Below are positions 9,075-17,369 of a DNA stretch of 52,961 bases, piece by piece. Each line of letters starts with the position of its first letter. Positions within the stretch are counted from its first letter, which is position 1. This DNA comes from a virus (taxonomy: Duplodnaviria; Caudoviricetes). The notes below the pieces were generated by a model. The model made no database searches. It was given only the letters and a program-made list of their open reading frames with translations, and was not told the origin of the DNA. The translations under genes were made by a program, and so were the position numbers. The stretch is from the IMG/VR virus record IMGVR_UViG_3300042558_001390, positions 1-52,961 of that record; one strand, written 5' to 3'.

Positions 9075-9247
9075 CTTACGATTATGTCAAAAAAAAATTT
9101 CCCTATTATATATATATAATTTCTATTATTATTATTATTTTATTTTTTATAGACTAACTTTAAAATTAACAGAATTAACAGAAGTATTAATAATCAATTA
9201 GTTAACTAAAAATAATCAACATAAAATCAACATAAAATCAACATACT
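9075..9247. repeat. AT-rich repeat-containing region, candidate replication origin
   Basis: (TA)n and (ATT)n tracts, AATTAACAG x2 (9164-9181), palindrome TTAGTTAACTAA (9198-9209), AATCAACATAA about x3 (9214-9245). Confidence 0.5.
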
Positions 9248-11641
9248 ATGTCATATACAGTTACAATCTTTCAAAATATACGTGATACAGATACTCCATT
9301 TTACAGAGATGTGAACATTATTCTTGACAGAATCAAAGATGGTGCAGGTTCTACTAAAGATATTGTTAAGCGTATCAGACAAGAGAAAGATAAGTCTGAG
9401 CGTAATGAAATAAAAAAACAATTACCCGCTATTTGCTTTAGTGGTAAATTCTCTAAAAGAGAAGACTCAGCTTTGTCTGAGCATTCAGGACTTATTTGTT
9501 TGGACTTTGATGGATACCAAAAACAAAAAGAGTTATTGCAAGAAAAAGAAACCTTATCTAAAAACAAATATGTTTATTCTGTATTCATATCTCCATCAGG
9601 TAATGGTTTAAAAGCATTGGTTAAGATTCCTTCCGATCCTGACAATCATAAAAACTATTTCAATAGTCTTGAAAAGTATTTCAATTCTCCTTATTTCGAT
9701 AAGACAAGTAAGAATATTAGTCGAGTATGTTACGAGAGTTATGACCCACTTATCTATATCAACCCAAATTCTTCGATTTGGGACACGATTGAGGAGCCGG
9801 AGTACACAGAGGTAAGTAGAGCTAGAGATAAGGCTACAATTCCAATTACAGACGAAAATAAGATAGTAGAGATACTTGTTAAGTGGTGGGAAAAAAAATA
9901 TCCTATGCAAGAAGGACAAAGAAATCAAAACGCTTATGTGCTTGCTATGGCGTTCAATGACTTTGGTATCAACAAAAGCCTCGCTTCGTATGTACTTAAT
10001 CAATTCGCCTCAGCAGACTTTTCGTTGGCAGAGATAGCTACTACAATTGACTCAGCATACCGCAACACAACTAACTTTGGTACTAAGTACTACGAAGATG
10101 AGGAACGTATTAATAACATTAAGGCTAAACTTAGACGTGGTGCTTCAAGAAAAGAGATAGTGTATCAGCTTCAAGAGTCAAACTTAGATGAAGATGTAAT
10201 TGATTCTGTACTGTCTAGAATTGAGGAGGAAAATTCTAAGATGAGTTTTTGGACTAAGAACGACAAAGGTATTATAAAGATAATTCACATTCTGTTCAAA
10301 GAGTTTTTAGAAGACAATGGATTCTATAAGTTTTGTCCTGAGGGAGGAAAGAATTATGTATTTGTAAAAGTAACTAACAATCTTATCGACCATACTTCTG
10401 ATAAAGAGATTAAAGACTTTGTTCTTAATTATTTACTTGACTTAGATGATGTGTCTATCTACAATTATTTTGCAGACAACACAAGATTCTTCAAGGAGGA
10501 ATTTTTATCATTGTTATCAACCATTGAGATTTATTTCATTGCCGATTCAAAATACTCGTCATACTTGTATTATAAAAATTGTGCAGTCAAGATAACTAAA
10601 GATTCAATAACAACTATTGATTATTTGGATTTAGGTGGTTATGTTTGGAAAGACCACGTGATTGACAGAGTATTTAATATCGGAGAAGTTACAGATACTT
10701 GCGACTTTAGAAAGTTTTTATCAAACATAAACGGTTCAGATGAAAATAGAATAAGATCTATGGAAAGTACTTTGGGGTTCTTGATGCACGGATATAAAAA
10801 TTTATCATTCTGTCCTGCCGTGATTCTTAATGATGAGGTTATCAGCGACAACCCTGAGGGTGGTACAGGTAAAGGTTTACTTATGAACGCATTAAGCAAG
10901 ATGAAGAAAGTAGTTACTGTTGACGGTAAGTCTTTCACGTTTGAAAGAAGTTTTGCCTATCAGTTGGTATCAGCAGATACTCAGATACTTGTTTTCGATG
11001 ACGTTAAGAAGCACTTTGAATTCGAGAGACTATTCTCTGTAGTTACAGAGGGTTTAACGCTTGAGAAGAAGAATAAAGATGCTATCAAGATACCATTTGC
11101 TAAGTCTCCTAAGATTGCAATAACAACTAACTACGCAATCAAGGGGTCAGGTAACTCATTTGCGAGACGAAAATGGGAATTAGAGCTACATCAGTATTAT
11201 AATAAAAACTTTACGCCACAGGACGAATTTGGTAAGTTATTATTTGGGGATTGGAATGATGATGATTGGTTTCAGTTTGACAACTATATGATTCAATGTC
11301 TTCAAAACTATTTAGCTACCGGATTAGTTAAGTCTAAGTTTGTCAATTTAAAAATCAGACACCTATCTCAAGAGACTTCTCACGAGTTTATAGAGTGGGT
11401 TGGATTAGTTGATAATATAGATAGAAGTAGTATTATGCCAACAAACGTTAGGTTATACAAGAACGAACTATACAGTAATTTTATTGATGAGTATCCTGAC
11501 TATAGTGCAAGAGGTAGAATGAGTATGAGTAGAACTAAATTCTATAGATGGCTAACAGCTTATGCAGGATTCAAAGAAGGAGTTATTGCAGAAGAAGATA
11601 GAGACCATATCGGTAGATGGATAATATTTAAAGAGATATAA
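9248..11641 (+). CDS. Primase-helicase: BT4734/VirE-N primase-polymerase domain, PriCT domain, SF3-like helicase
   Basis: KKQLPAICFSG, SGLICLDFD, FISPSGNGLK, EGQRN, Walker A GGTGKG, Walker B LVFDD, ITTN. Confidence 0.9.
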   Translation: MSYTVTIFQNIRDTDTPFYRDVNIILDRIKDGAGSTKDIVKRIRQEKDKSERNEIKKQLPAICFSGKFSKREDSALSEHSGLICLDFDGYQKQKELLQEKETLSKNKYVYSVFISPSGNGLKALVKIPSDPDNHKNYFNSLEKYFNSPYFDKTSKNISRVCYESYDPLIYINPNSSIWDTIEEPEYTEVSRARDKATIPITDENKIVEILVKWWEKKYPMQEGQRNQNAYVLAMAFNDFGINKSLASYVLNQFASADFSLAEIATTIDSAYRNTTNFGTKYYEDEERINNIKAKLRRGASRKEIVYQLQESNLDEDVIDSVLSRIEEENSKMSFWTKNDKGIIKIIHILFKEFLEDNGFYKFCPEGGKNYVFVKVTNNLIDHTSDKEIKDFVLNYLLDLDDVSIYNYFADNTRFFKEEFLSLLSTIEIYFIADSKYSSYLYYKNCAVKITKDSITTIDYLDLGGYVWKDHVIDRVFNIGEVTDTCDFRKFLSNINGSDENRIRSMESTLGFLMHGYKNLSFCPAVILNDEVISDNPEGGTGKGLLMNALSKMKKVVTVDGKSFTFERSFAYQLVSADTQILVFDDVKKHFEFERLFSVVTEGLTLEKKNKDAIKIPFAKSPKIAITTNYAIKGSGNSFARRKWELELHQYYNKNFTPQDEFGKLLFGDWNDDDWFQFDNYMIQCLQNYLATGLVKSKFVNLKIRHLSQETSHEFIEWVGLVDNIDRSSIMPTNVRLYKNELYSNFIDEYPDYSARGRMSMSRTKFYRWLTAYAGFKEGVIAEEDRDHIGRWIIFKEI

Positions 11642-11730
11642 ATTCAATTAAAAATGAAAAGACAAATTATAAACATATTGCTAAATGTAATTTACTTTAC
11701 AATAATAACATTAATATTAATTATAGCGTT

Positions 11731-11991
11731 ATGACACCAAAACAAAAAGCAGAAGAGTTGGTTAAAAAGTATCTTTTAAAAATAAAAATAGATAGTAGAA
11801 TAATAGGAGAATCAGAAGTAATTATATCAAAAGGAGAAATAAGAATAGAGACAGCTAAGCACTGTGCATTAATAGCAGTTAATTTACATTTAGAAGAACT
11901 ATCTAAAATGAAATTGATATTCTCAGATAGGGAGATTCATTATAAGTATTGGAAAGAAGTTAAACAAGAAATAGAAAATTATGGCAAGTAA
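11731..11991 (+). CDS. Hypothetical phage protein (MTPKQKAEEL...CALIAV...YWKEVKQEIE)
   Basis: ORF track; co-oriented. Confidence 0.7.
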   Translation: MTPKQKAEELVKKYLLKIKIDSRIIGESEVIISKGEIRIETAKHCALIAVNLHLEELSKMKLIFSDREIHYKYWKEVKQEIENYGK

Positions 11992-12261
11992 AAAACACTT
12001 TAAACCCATTACAAGGATAAGAAAAGTAATGGAGTTCTATTACAAGAGAGGAGTAAACTCTGAGAGAATTAATAATTTATATTTTAAAATTTTGAAAGAT
12101 GAGTGATATAGCTAAATGCCAGGACGATAAATGTCCTTCGAGAGAAGCGTGCTATAGGTATACAGCACCTGCTTCAGAGTATAGACAATCTTATTGTGAT
12201 TTTAACAGAGAAGAAGATGCTGTTAATTGTGATATGTTTTGGGGAAATAAAAAATATATAG

Positions 12262-12498
12262 ATGGAGAAGAATATTAAAATAACTTTAGAAGCTTGGCAT
12301 TATCAATGTGGAGATGGCTGTTGCGATAATTATGGAACTTATTTATATCTAAATGGTAAAAAATTAGAACACCCTAATCCTGAAATATATGACAATGGAT
12401 ACTTAGGCGAAGATTTAGAAACAGGATTACAAGCTGTACTAAAAGAATTAGGTTATGAAGTTGAAATTGAAAATAAGTATTATGGAGAAGAAGATTAA
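12262..12498 (+). CDS. Hypothetical protein (CGDGCC motif)
   Basis: ORF track. Confidence 0.65.
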   Translation: MEKNIKITLEAWHYQCGDGCCDNYGTYLYLNGKKLEHPNPEIYDNGYLGEDLETGLQAVLKELGYEVEIENKYYGEED

Positions 12499-12596
12499 TT
12501 TATTAGATGCACAACGAATATGTTTTATTTTACTATTAATAGCAATAGTAATATTTTTTAGAGGATGCAATCCTGAACTACAAATATCTTAGAAAT

Positions 12597-12932
12597 ATGA
12601 CAAAAGAACAGATGATACATATCAGTATGGTTAATTCATACAATGTAATTACAGGCAAAGCCAAGGTAGAAGAGATAACTAACTCAGGCATTGGATTATT
12701 TTGCCACTCTCCTGAAGAGAAAGATGGCATGGAGAGCATTAACTTTATAATCTCCTATTTTCAAAACTTAGAGATGTATGAGAAGTGTTCAGACTTGAAA
12801 AACTATATTGACAAAACATTCAATGATGATGGTACATATAAAGAAAAGCTGTGTGAATGTTCTTATCCTGACATACAAAAATATACTCCAATAGTAAAAT
12901 GCTCAATATGCAATTTGATGGTAAAGAGATAA
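12597..12932 (+). CDS. Hypothetical protein with YEKC motif and C-terminal Cys cluster
   Basis: ORF track. Confidence 0.65.
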   Translation: MTKEQMIHISMVNSYNVITGKAKVEEITNSGIGLFCHSPEEKDGMESINFIISYFQNLEMYEKCSDLKNYIDKTFNDDGTYKEKLCECSYPDIQKYTPIVKCSICNLMVKR

Positions 12933-14398
12933 TAGAAAAGAACCCAGGATTTAACAATCTTGAGATGTGGAATCAATGCGAGATATTAAAAAGCGTTGTA
13001 ACACAGACGATAGATATTAAAGAAGGAAGGGGTAAAAATGTTAGGATATATCAAAAGTACAAACACAATACCCCTCAGCAAGTAATTGATAAGATAATCA
13101 ATAGCTGTGAATACTATAAATCATTACACAAAAAAGATATGGAAGTAAAAGAAGTACTTACAAATGGTTCTATTCAATTTAGAGACTACCAAACCAAGAT
13201 TATATACGAAGGAGCTAAGATTATAAAGGAGAATGGATTCTTGTACCTAGCAATGGAAGTTAGAACAGGTAAGACTCTTACAAGTCTTGGAATAGCAGGA
13301 AGATTAAATGTTTATAATGTTTTATTCCTGACTAAAAAGAAAGCCATATCAAGTATTGAGAACGACTACAAAGCATTAGCTCCGTTCTATGATTTGTTTG
13401 TTATCAACTACGAAAGTATTCACACTATACCTGATACTAAATGGGATTTAATCATTTGCGATGAGGCTCACTCAATGGGTGCGTTTGCTAAGCCAAGTAA
13501 AAGAGCTGTTCAAGTAAAAGACCTAATAGCAAAAACAAAAGCAAAAGTTATACTTCTATCGGGAACGCCAACTCCTGAGTCGTACTCGCAGATGTATCAT
13601 CAGGTTTATGGAATACCAAATAATCCTTTCAAAGAGTTTAAAACTTTCTACAAGTTTTGTAGTAAATTTGTAAATGTAAAAACTAAGATGATTAATGGTT
13701 TAATGATGAACGATTACTCTGATGGTTTACCAACAATACTTGAGGCAATGAATCCCTTTACAATAAACTATACTCAAGCTGAGGCAGGCTTTGTAGCTAA
13801 AACTATTGAAGAAGTTTTTGAGGTAGAGTTAAAAGAGTCAACCTATAAGTTGATTAAGAAACTTACGAGAGATTTAGTTGTACAAGGAAAGGAAGAAGTA
13901 ATTTTAGGAGATACTCCTGTAAAACTAATGAGCAAGGTTCATCAGCTATACTCAGGAACGATTAAGTTTGAGAGCGGTAAGTCTATGGTTATTGACACCA
14001 CTAAGGCTGAGTTTATCAAAGAACAGTGGGAAGGTTGTCAGATAGGTATCTTCTATAAATTCAAAGAAGAATTAGTAGCTTTGCAACAAGTGTTTGGAGA
14101 TGAGTTAACAACTGATTTAGATGAGTTCAATGCCACTTACAAAAACATAGCATTGCAAATTGTATCAGGTAGAGAGGGTATTAGTTTAAAGAAAGCTGAG
14201 TATTTAGTTTATTACAACATTGACTTTAGTGCTACAAGTTATTGGCAGAGCAAGGACCGAATGACCACCAAGGAGAGATTAGAGAACCAAGTATTTTGGA
14301 TATTCTCAAAAGGAGGAATAGAGCACGAGATATATAAGGCAGTATCAAAAAAGAAAAACTACACACTTAATCATTTTAAAAAAGATTTTTACTTATGA
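12899..14398 (+). CDS. Superfamily 2 (SNF2-like) helicase; start uncertain
   Basis: RDYQ, MEVRTGKT, DEAH, LSGTP, SGREGISL, QSKDR motifs. Confidence 0.9.
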   Translation: MLNMQFDGKEIIEKNPGFNNLEMWNQCEILKSVVTQTIDIKEGRGKNVRIYQKYKHNTPQQVIDKIINSCEYYKSLHKKDMEVKEVLTNGSIQFRDYQTKIIYEGAKIIKENGFLYLAMEVRTGKTLTSLGIAGRLNVYNVLFLTKKKAISSIENDYKALAPFYDLFVINYESIHTIPDTKWDLIICDEAHSMGAFAKPSKRAVQVKDLIAKTKAKVILLSGTPTPESYSQMYHQVYGIPNNPFKEFKTFYKFCSKFVNVKTKMINGLMMNDYSDGLPTILEAMNPFTINYTQAEAGFVAKTIEEVFEVELKESTYKLIKKLTRDLVVQGKEEVILGDTPVKLMSKVHQLYSGTIKFESGKSMVIDTTKAEFIKEQWEGCQIGIFYKFKEELVALQQVFGDELTTDLDEFNATYKNIALQIVSGREGISLKKAEYLVYYNIDFSATSYWQSKDRMTTKERLENQVFWIFSKGGIEHEIYKAVSKKKNYTLNHFKKDFYL

Positions 14399-14814
14399 AA
14401 GAAAATAAAAAATATAAGTTAATAAAGACATATCCTGGCTATGAAATACTTGGAGCTATGGCTTATCAATCAGGAGAGTATTATTATGTAGTAAATCCTG
14501 ATAAAAGTATTGGCGAAAATTACATAAAGCAATTGCCAAAAGTAATAGAAAATAATCCTGAGTATTGGGAGTGGATAATTACAGAAAATAAATTACTTAA
14601 TAAATATTTAGAAGCTACAAAAAAACCTTTTGCAGACATAGGAAGTATGTATGACGTTGATATGGCAGAAAAATGCATAAAAATAGCAGATGAATTAGCT
14701 ATTGACTTTCATCAATGGATGAGAGTGAATGATACTAAGGAAAACGCTGATAAGTATTTTCACTATACAGATAAAGATATGTTAAACGCATTTAAAGAAC
14801 AAAAAGGATTATGA
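14395..14814 (+). CDS. Hypothetical protein
   Basis: ORF track; C-terminal half similar to 16828..17043. Confidence 0.65.
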   Translation: MKENKKYKLIKTYPGYEILGAMAYQSGEYYYVVNPDKSIGENYIKQLPKVIENNPEYWEWIITENKLLNKYLEATKKPFADIGSMYDVDMAEKCIKIADELAIDFHQWMRVNDTKENADKYFHYTDKDMLNAFKEQKGL

Positions 14815-15011
14815 ATTTAGCTAATCAAATACTATGGGATATGTTCCAAAAGAGTAATTGTACGCAGACAGAATTTTGTATAAAACTTGGCTATAAAAAA
14901 CATACTCCAAATATGTCTCAATGGTTGTCAGGCAATATTGACCTATCCTTAGACAAACTTAAAGAGTTCTGTGACAAATTAAACTTTACATTAAAAATAG
15001 AATTATTATGA
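14811..15011 (+). CDS. XRE/Cro-like helix-turn-helix protein
   Basis: TQTEFCIKLG...NMSQWLSG...SLDKLKEFCDKL. Confidence 0.75.
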   Translation: MNLANQILWDMFQKSNCTQTEFCIKLGYKKHTPNMSQWLSGNIDLSLDKLKEFCDKLNFTLKIELL

Positions 15012-15292
15012 GAAACAAATTAGCAGGGAAGCACCCCTCTTATGACAAGTTAGGTATGTCAGAAGAAAGAAAGAAAAAGAAGTTAGCTTACGATAAGAAA
15101 TATCAAGCTACTGAGGAAAGAAAAAACTACAGAGTTGAGCTTAACAAAGCTAACAGAGAGGCTGGGACTTATGGTAAAATGACAGCTATGGGTAAAGATC
15201 GTAGTCATAAAAAAGATGGTTCAATGACTTTAGAAGATAAAAGTAAAAATCGTAGCAGAAATGGCGCAAACAAAAAGTCAACTAAAAAATGA
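15008..15292 (+). CDS. Small basic protein with minimal HNH-like motif
   Basis: KDRSHKKDG...NRSRNG. Confidence 0.55.
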   Translation: MRNKLAGKHPSYDKLGMSEERKKKKLAYDKKYQATEERKNYRVELNKANREAGTYGKMTAMGKDRSHKKDGSMTLEDKSKNRSRNGANKKSTKK

Positions 15293-15594
15293 TAAAGTGT
15301 GTTTGTATAAACGATAAAGATAAACCTTCAAAAATACCTCAGCATAAATGGTTAGAAGAAGGCAAGGAATACACGTTAGCTTTTACTATGACTGTACTTC
15401 CTCAGAAGCAATTAGCTTTTCAACTCAATGAAATCGACCTTGATGATAGTTGCTCTCCCTACACGTGGTTCCTGGCGAACCGATTTGCGTTCAAAGAAGA
15501 GAACCTCGAAAGACTTGTTGAGTTTATTAAGGATTGCAATAAAATTAATTTTTCAGTGAAAGAGTTGATGAAGGAAACAAATATAAACGTATAA
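15289..15594 (+). CDS. Hypothetical protein; stop codon is the TAA of hairpin element E1
   Basis: ORF track; TAA 15592-15594. Confidence 0.7.
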   Translation: MIKCVCINDKDKPSKIPQHKWLEEGKEYTLAFTMTVLPQKQLAFQLNEIDLDDSCSPYTWFLANRFAFKEENLERLVEFIKDCNKINFSVKELMKETNINV

Positions 15595-15716
15595 CGTTTA
15601 CGGCTTTGCGAAGAAGCCGATTTTGGAAAACAAATATTCAATTAACAACTAAAGATAAATAGAAATGAAAAGATTAAAATTAGCACTAAAGCGGCTTTTT
15701 TGCAAAACTGATGTTA
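15592..15716 (+). repeat. attC-like hairpin E1 (125 bp)
   Basis: TAACGTTTACGGCTTTGCGAAGAAGCCG ... CGGCTTTTTTGCAAAACTGATGTTA. Confidence 0.8.
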
Positions 15717-15874
15717 GCGGCAGTTTTTCTATCGGCGAGATGGGTGAAGATAGATTTGCACCTGTTCTAAAAGATGGAAAAGAAACTAACTGCCGAATAT
15801 ACTTATGGGATGCAGAAGATGTCAAAAGGTTACAAGCTATCGGTGATGAGATACATCGTCAAAATTGCCGCTAA
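15665..15874 (+). CDS. Cassette 1 protein; starts inside the loop of E1, stops at TAA of E2
   Basis: ORF track; A-rich leader before ATG 15665. Confidence 0.65.
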   Translation: MKRLKLALKRLFCKTDVSGSFSIGEMGEDRFAPVLKDGKETNCRIYLWDAEDVKRLQAIGDEIHRQNCR

Positions 15875-15942
15875 CGTTTGTCGCTTGTACTAGGCGGCTA
15901 TGCGGTTGCGTATATTCTGCCGCTTAGTACAAACGATTGTTA
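15872..15942 (+). repeat. attC-like hairpin E2 (71 bp)
   Basis: TAACGTTTGTCGCTTGTACTAGGCGGC ... GCCGCTTAGTACAAACGATTGTTA. Confidence 0.85.
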
Positions 15943-15993
15943 CCTGCTGTTTATTTTTTTTGTAAATATTTTAATATTTTTCTATAAAATGTA

Positions 15994-16023
15994 TTGTTTA
16001 TATAAATATTAGTTGTATATTTA
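15994..16023 (+). promoter_or_regulatory. Candidate Bacteroidota-type promoter inside cassette 2
   Basis: TTG (15994-15996), 19 nt spacer, TATATTTA (16016-16023; one mismatch to TAnnTTTG). Confidence 0.5.
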
Positions 16024-16061
16024 CACCATGGAAATAATAACAACCCTAAAAAATAGAAATT

Positions 16062-16241
16062 ATGGCAATTCAATTCTACATTATCAAAGAAAACGAAATA
16101 GGCGAAGATGTAAAACAAATAGTTGCTCCAGAGCCATCTGAATTAAAAGTAGGCTTGTCAAATCAAAAATGGATAGCAAAAGGAATAGTTTCAATGGTAA
16201 AACCACTAAGAACTTCAACCCTATATTACGAAACAATATAG
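16062..16241 (+). CDS. Cassette 2 hypothetical protein, 59 aa (not in ORF track)
   Basis: Read by hand: MAIQFYIIKENEIG...STLYYETI*; A-rich leader. Confidence 0.55.
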   Translation: MAIQFYIIKENEIGEDVKQIVAPEPSELKVGLSNQKWIAKGIVSMVKPLRTSTLYYETI

Positions 16242-16349
16242 GGGTTTGAATCGATACAAAAATAAATCAATTTAACCAATGTTTTCAAGGCTTTACAAGG
16301 TATTTTTTAATATTTTTTTTAAGTTTTGGAGCGTTAAAAAAACAAAAAA

Positions 16350-16544
16350 ATGGAAGATATTTTAGAATACTTGCTTTACAATGAAGAATTAACATTAAGA
16401 AATGAAAACAATATGAGAGAGGTTAGTATGTCTTTAAATTTAGACGATGGATGGTGTGTTTATGCCAATGGTGATAGTATGAACCCTATTTTAGAATCAT
16501 CAAATAAAGATGCTATTTTGGATTGTATGAATTTTGAATGTTAA
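16350..16544 (+). CDS. Cassette 2 acidic hypothetical protein
   Basis: ORF track; A-rich leader. Confidence 0.6.
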   Translation: MEDILEYLLYNEELTLRNENNMREVSMSLNLDDGWCVYANGDSMNPILESSNKDAILDCMNFEC

Positions 16545-16548
16545 TATT

Positions 16549-16719
16549 ATGCAAAGACAAAGTATAATAATACTAACCAAACCACTTAACGAGCCAATAG
16601 CAAGGGGTAATTTTAAAAAGCTATGTGAGGAGTTTAATTTTCCTTATCATAGCTTAAAGATGCTAAAATTCCCAATCACTTACAAAGATTCGGTTATTTA
16701 TAAAGTTGAGTTTAAATAG
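16549..16719 (+). CDS. Cassette 2 small basic, possibly HTH-like protein
   Basis: GNFKKLCEEFNFPYHSL pattern; stop TAG lies in the cassette end repeat. Confidence 0.55.
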   Translation: MQRQSIIILTKPLNEPIARGNFKKLCEEFNFPYHSLKMLKFPITYKDSVIYKVEFK

Positions 16720-16723
16720 CAGG

Positions 16724-16795
16724 TAACGTTTCGGTGCTTGTAGATGCCAGCCTACACGCATTTTATTTTCGGCTGGTATTTACAAACACCTGTTA
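16724..16795 (+). repeat. attC-like hairpin E3 (72 bp)
   Basis: TAACGTTTCGGTGCTTGTAGATGCCAGCC ... GGCTGGTATTTACAAACACCTGTTA. Confidence 0.85.
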
Positions 16796-16827
16796 TAAGA
16801 AGTAGCGGGTAATTAAAACTAAATATT

Positions 16828-17043
16828 ATGAAATTAAAAGAAGATTTTGAAAAAGTATTAAAAAATTCTAAACCTCATTTTTTAAAATTTGACACAAATG
16901 ATTGTATAGAAATATGCGATAATTTTGCCATTAAATTTGCAGAATGGTTAGTAATTCAATATAATGAAGATATAATGTATACCGAATATAACACTAAAGA
17001 GTTATTAGAAATATTTAAAAAATCTTATAAAAACAATTCGTAG
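16828..17043 (+). CDS. Cassette 3 hypothetical protein
   Basis: ORF track; stop abuts cassette end repeat. Confidence 0.7.
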   Translation: MKLKEDFEKVLKNSKPHFLKFDTNDCIEICDNFAIKFAEWLVIQYNEDIMYTEYNTKELLEIFKKSYKNNS

Positions 17044-17053
17044 CTATTTCTTA

Positions 17054-17123
17054 TAACTGCCGTATTGTTGCAGTTTTAAAAGTAAATAATCAAGTAATAT
17101 AAAATTGCTACAATACTTAGTTA
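17054..17123 (+). repeat. Terminal, atypical hairpin E4 (70 bp)
   Basis: TAACTGCC-GTATTGTTGCAGTTTTA ... TAAAATTGCTACAATAC-TTAGTTA. Confidence 0.75.
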
Positions 17124-17365
17124 TGAAGGAAAGTCAAATACAATCAAAGAAAATTAAAGAGCTTGAAGCCAAGGGATACTATGTTATTAAGTTAATAAAT
17201 ACAAACAAGCCTGGAATCCCCGACCTTATTGCTATACCTAAAGGGTCAGATGTTCTTTTTATAGAAGTGAAAGGCCCGAAAGGAAAAACTTCTCCTTTGC
17301 AAGATTGGAGAATGGAAGAATTAAAACAACACAAATTAAAAGTAGAAATACATAAACCACTTTAA
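17123..17365 (+). CDS. VRR-NUC domain nuclease
   Basis: ESQIQ, GIPDL, FIEVK, SPLQ motifs; ATG 17123 preferred. Confidence 0.9.
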   Translation: MKESQIQSKKIKELEAKGYYVIKLINTNKPGIPDLIAIPKGSDVLFIEVKGPKGKTSPLQDWRMEELKQHKLKVEIHKPL

Positions 17366-17369
17366 TCAA

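Larger units (their letters stand above)
15592..17123 (+). mobile_element. Integron-like gene cassette array (3 cassettes, 4 attC-like hairpins), no integrase in window
   Basis: Four TAAC...GTTA imperfect inverted repeats; each intervening segment has 14/15 complementary ends. Confidence 0.75.

Noticed and set aside
8951-9157. 68 aa ORF over the SSB end and AT-rich tract
   Set aside because: Runs through a terminator and (ATT)n repeats; poly-Ile is an artefact of the repeat
15592-17123. Hairpin series as a CRISPR array or simple terminators
   Set aside because: Units are not identical, spacing is 150-780 bp and contains genes; most lack a U tract, and terminators would not explain the cassette-specific end complementarity
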